Assembly (NCBI GenBank): GCA_973895155.1
Contig: OZ316892.1
Coordinates: 3,785,223-3,849,222, forward strand
DNA from: Marsupella aquatica
Taxonomy: Eukaryota > Plantae > Marchantiophyta
Reading direction: 5' to 3'
DNA length: 64,000 nucleotides
The notes beneath the pieces were generated by a model. It was not told the origin of the DNA. It saw only the letters and a list, made by a program, of their open reading frames with translations, and made no database searches. Shown piece after piece: positions 60,331 through 64,000 of this stretch. Both the position numbers and the translations under genes were made by a program. The first letter of the stretch is position 1; each line of letters begins with the position of its first letter.

Positions 60331-63300
60331 GCTCTTGTTCCATCGATTTCCCTTTGACCAATGGTGTCCTTGTGAGCTTCCTTGCCCCTTCAGTTCAGCA
60401 GTCGGATTCTATCAAGCTGTCATCACAGATGGCACAATATGAAAATTGTGAGAGTACAAACGGCCAATGGATGTAAACTGCATAATTCGTTTGTACAAAT
60501 GAGGTACAAGCTGGCAGTCCACAAGGGGACAAGGCTCATAGTGGGTGGACTGGCTTTTCCTTTTCTATTCAAAGATGCGCTGCAGCTTATTCCTTCTCTT
60601 GCGGTCCTCTTGACACTTGGGCCAGTCTCTTTGACACTTGTGGTCCCTCTTGACTATTGGGTCAGTCGCTTTGACAATTGGGTCCGTCTTTGACAATTGG
60701 GTGGAAATACCCTGCTAACCGGGGGAATGCTCTTTACACAAGAAAGGTTTTGAACTGCAATCAGCCATAAATGCAAATGACCGTCAATCCCTACGTGCAC
60801 ATCTTAATTATCCAGATTTCTTTCTAAAGGCTAGCATTAGGGATTGTCACGTGCACCCTGGTCAGCTCAAGGTAAGTGTTCACAAATTGAAATCTGCAAC
60901 AGCTGCCCCATCTGGCAAGGAATTATGAGAGAGGATCTGTGTGACATTCACTCTTAGCACTGACGAGAGAGGTAGGAGGTGGTGAGCCCATCAGTGATGA
61001 ACACAGAAATTGCAACCTCCGTATCGAAGAAGTGTCTCCTGCATTCCTCATTCTGTTTCTCCTGAGGAACTGTAGTGATGAAAATCCTTTGTGGCAAATG
61101 ATCTGCAGCAACAAAACGACACTTCTTACCTTGCAAAATGTAAGCAGACAGCATAGGAGTCGATTGAAGTACTTTCAGTCCAATGCACCAGGTTTTGTGA
61201 GGGAAAGTTGGCGCCAGGTCTGCTCAAGATTCACAGTAACCTCTGCAAACGCAACAAACCCTCTACAGTTGCAATTCGTGCCGCGAATCACACTAATCGA
61301 TAATTGCGGTAAATGAAACTAAGGTCTCTGACTGAACTAATGGAAGAGTCGAATAATTGGATAACTGCAATTTTGAACGTACCCACTTGGGATGGCACTT
61401 AGGGAGGGATGACCAGAGTACCCAAATCTTTGATTACTCTTGAAAAAATTCTCAGCCTCTCAGCCAGACTCATCAAAGACTCACGCAAAGGGCCCTACGA
61501 GTCACAGCTACTCAGAAGATCAGAATCCTACAGGACAGTAAACATCCTTTTCTCCATTGAAGCTCAATTGTTCGTGCCACTCTACCGTAGCGGGAGGGAG
61601 GTGAGCTCGAATGCGGAGTTCTCAAATGCTGTTTAGATTGCTCGGTTGTTGTGCTGATTTGTCCCATCTCATCTTTACGTGTTCCCCGTCAATCTGGGCC
61701 AGCAGCTGCGAGAAGAGAAAGCCCTAGCAGGTGTCGTGAAGCGAGCTCACAGGTGGGCTACGTTTCCATTTTCTAAATTATACTCGGATTGCTGTTTGCT
61801 GCGACCTGTTTCTAATGTTAGGGTTTCCCCATGGATCCGCCCAGCGGTGCTCCCGACTTCATCGATCAAGTTGAAAACGACAATTGGAATCATCGATCAT
61901 CGTGTGTATTTCAATCCCATTTTTGGTTTGTATCTACGGGCTCTGCTACTGCGTTTTACTTAGGTGTCCTGGCACAGACCGCTATGTACTCTAATGAGAC
62001 ATGAATGTCCTGTTGAGACAAAATTGATAGTGGCAGCAATTCGAATTCAATGACCTGCAATTTCTTGCTGCGGGCAGTCAGCTCACGGGTGGCAGTGGGA
62101 TAGAATCCTTCCACCGTTGCCCTCACTCGCATCAAGACTTTGGGACCTAGACCTGGCAAGGGTGGAAAGGCACTGCAATCCTGGCAGTAATTATCTCAAC
62201 GGCAGGCGCAACGTAGAGCGAATCTTTTCCTTAATCTGTGACTATCGCGTTACAAGTATAGACAATTCACATCTAGTTCTACGTAGAAGCAATCACAAGT
62301 AGCACAGTTCTAACTTACTTCACATTACCTATTGAACTAGTTCCTTTGATCACAATCCAGCAAGAACCCACTCCCAAGAGTTGACGTTGTGAGCGTCCGT
62401 AATCAGCTGGCCCAGGTAGACCGTTTCACTCGTGAATTTGTGACAAACATGTGTAGCGGCAATCTAACTATTGCCCGAAAACCAGACCACCTCTCAACGA
62501 AAAGAGATCTGCATATGCTTGGAAACCAATTGCTCATGGCAGTTTGTGTAGTCCATAATTGGTGAATGACCTGGACCACGGTGAACAGGGGACTAGATCA
62601 AACCTAATTCGAAGAGAGCTCATCCTGAACCAATTCGACAGAAATTCCAAAACGCAATAAATGACTCACGTCCGTGCTCGTACATCCAAGATACTTCAGG
62701 TTCCCTTTCATTTATCTACTAAGACGAAGAAAGCAGCCACAAAAGGTGCTACTATAGTTACCATACAGAGCAACCACAAGTGCTAATCCATGCGTATCCT
62801 TCGAGCCGAAACTTCGGCAAACATGATATGTAGATTTAAGCTGCGATCTACCTCCGGCTACAGATATGTGGATGTGGCAACTAGTCCTCTCCCCCCCCCC
62901 CCCGGATCCTCTTCTCTCCAGCCTTCGTTCCCCGCACTGCCATCAATCTCTACTACAGGGCCCAGATTAATAAGCGTGTCATCGACTTCCATTCCTGTGG
63001 TACCTTCGCGTTACTCGTTTGGCTTCAATAGAAAATAACAATTTAGATGCAGCATAGTGACGATCTGACCATGTTCCCGTTTGCTTTTGATGTTTTCAGG
63101 TTTGTATGCTAGTCCCTACTCGCTGGAGGGTCTGCGACCAGTTCGGAGACTTTCTCGGAAGATGTCACCTCGTCTGTTACAAATTCGGCAGAACAAGGGA
63201 GCGGTTTGACAAACTCTGCTTCATTTTCGCAAGAAGGACTGAGTTCCTACTTTGGAGAAAGGTTCTATAATACCCTCAGCCGCTCCTAGACAATTGCTCT

Positions 63301-64000
63301 GCTTGCACTGCATGAGCCCTTCCGTGAGTTCCAGTCACGTTCGAAGGAAGGGTGGAAATCGACTCAGTGCTCTCTCGTTTATGCACTGTCGTTTTCTCTC
63401 ACTCATGAGAAAGTAGCCACATACAGTGTAGAAGTTTCTGAGCATATTTGGTTAGACTTCTCGTACAAGAGGAGTATTATGCACAAGTGAACTTGTCCAT
63501 TGAGCGATGAGACCGTGAGTTAGGGTCCCTCACAGTCATGTCAGATTGACGACAAGAGCCAGCTGCATAAACGGACTTTGTCCTTATGCGCTAAGCAGCT
63601 AGTCGGGCTTTGTCCCTATACACTAAAAGGGTAACAGCAACACTAATTAGCTACTCAGAGAAGTCGGCTCACTAGTTGAGCTCGAATGTCAACTTGATTG
63701 TGGGAGAACACGAGGACAGTGTTTCTGTCCTAATCTCCAAAAGTGAAATGCAAGTCTGGTTGGTCCCATCACCCCAGCTCTCTTCCGGGAACCAACGCTG
63801 CCCCTCCCCCCTGTAGTCGAATTGGACCGACTCATTGTTTTTGGAAGGTACTAAGCTGGGCCCAATTCTCCCTCGTTGAATCACTTGTCCCATTCCAGTT
63901 TTTTCTTGTGCGCTGGGTACCTGCCAGGCGATTGAAATAAATGACGACATGGGAGTGCACTGCGCTACGATGGTCGGTGCTTGACATAATCAACGAGAAC

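Noticed and set aside
60700-64000. Decayed gene or LINE
   Set aside because: Frames examined are broken by stops and no recognisable motif was found; BLASTX would be needed

Overview
Eukaryotic, repeat-rich DNA that looks like a non-seed land plant (GT-AG introns, plant H3.3 signature, F-box/kelch and EDM2-like sequences; a liverwort/bryophyte is a guess). A duplicated F-box/degenerate-kelch locus (5.3-6.5 kb intact; 52.8-53.9 kb broken) is separated by about 43 kb of nested mobile DNA. (1) A histone H3.3-like pseudogene with K27M/K79M is hit by a 353-bp TRIM whose LTRs each carry a tRNA-like gene. (2) A large two-gene unit (about 13.6-46.2 kb) pairs a Sola-like DDD transposase divergently with a spliced gene encoding a ParB-like domain, a bacterial-type beta-class N6/N4 DNA methyltransferase-like domain and an FCP1-like HAD domain; introns of both genes carry many copies of a 25-bp palindrome. 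(3) A complete 17-kb CACTA element (TIRs, ACC TSD) sits in the last exon of that gene and carries EDM2-like PHD, tandem BRCT and F-box cargo. (4) There are also a solo LTR, MITEs, a CACAGTG-ended non-autonomous element, a copia 3' end and a Helitron 3' end. Most TE genes here are decayed by stops or frameshifts. Domain calls come from motif recognition by eye, not from database searches.
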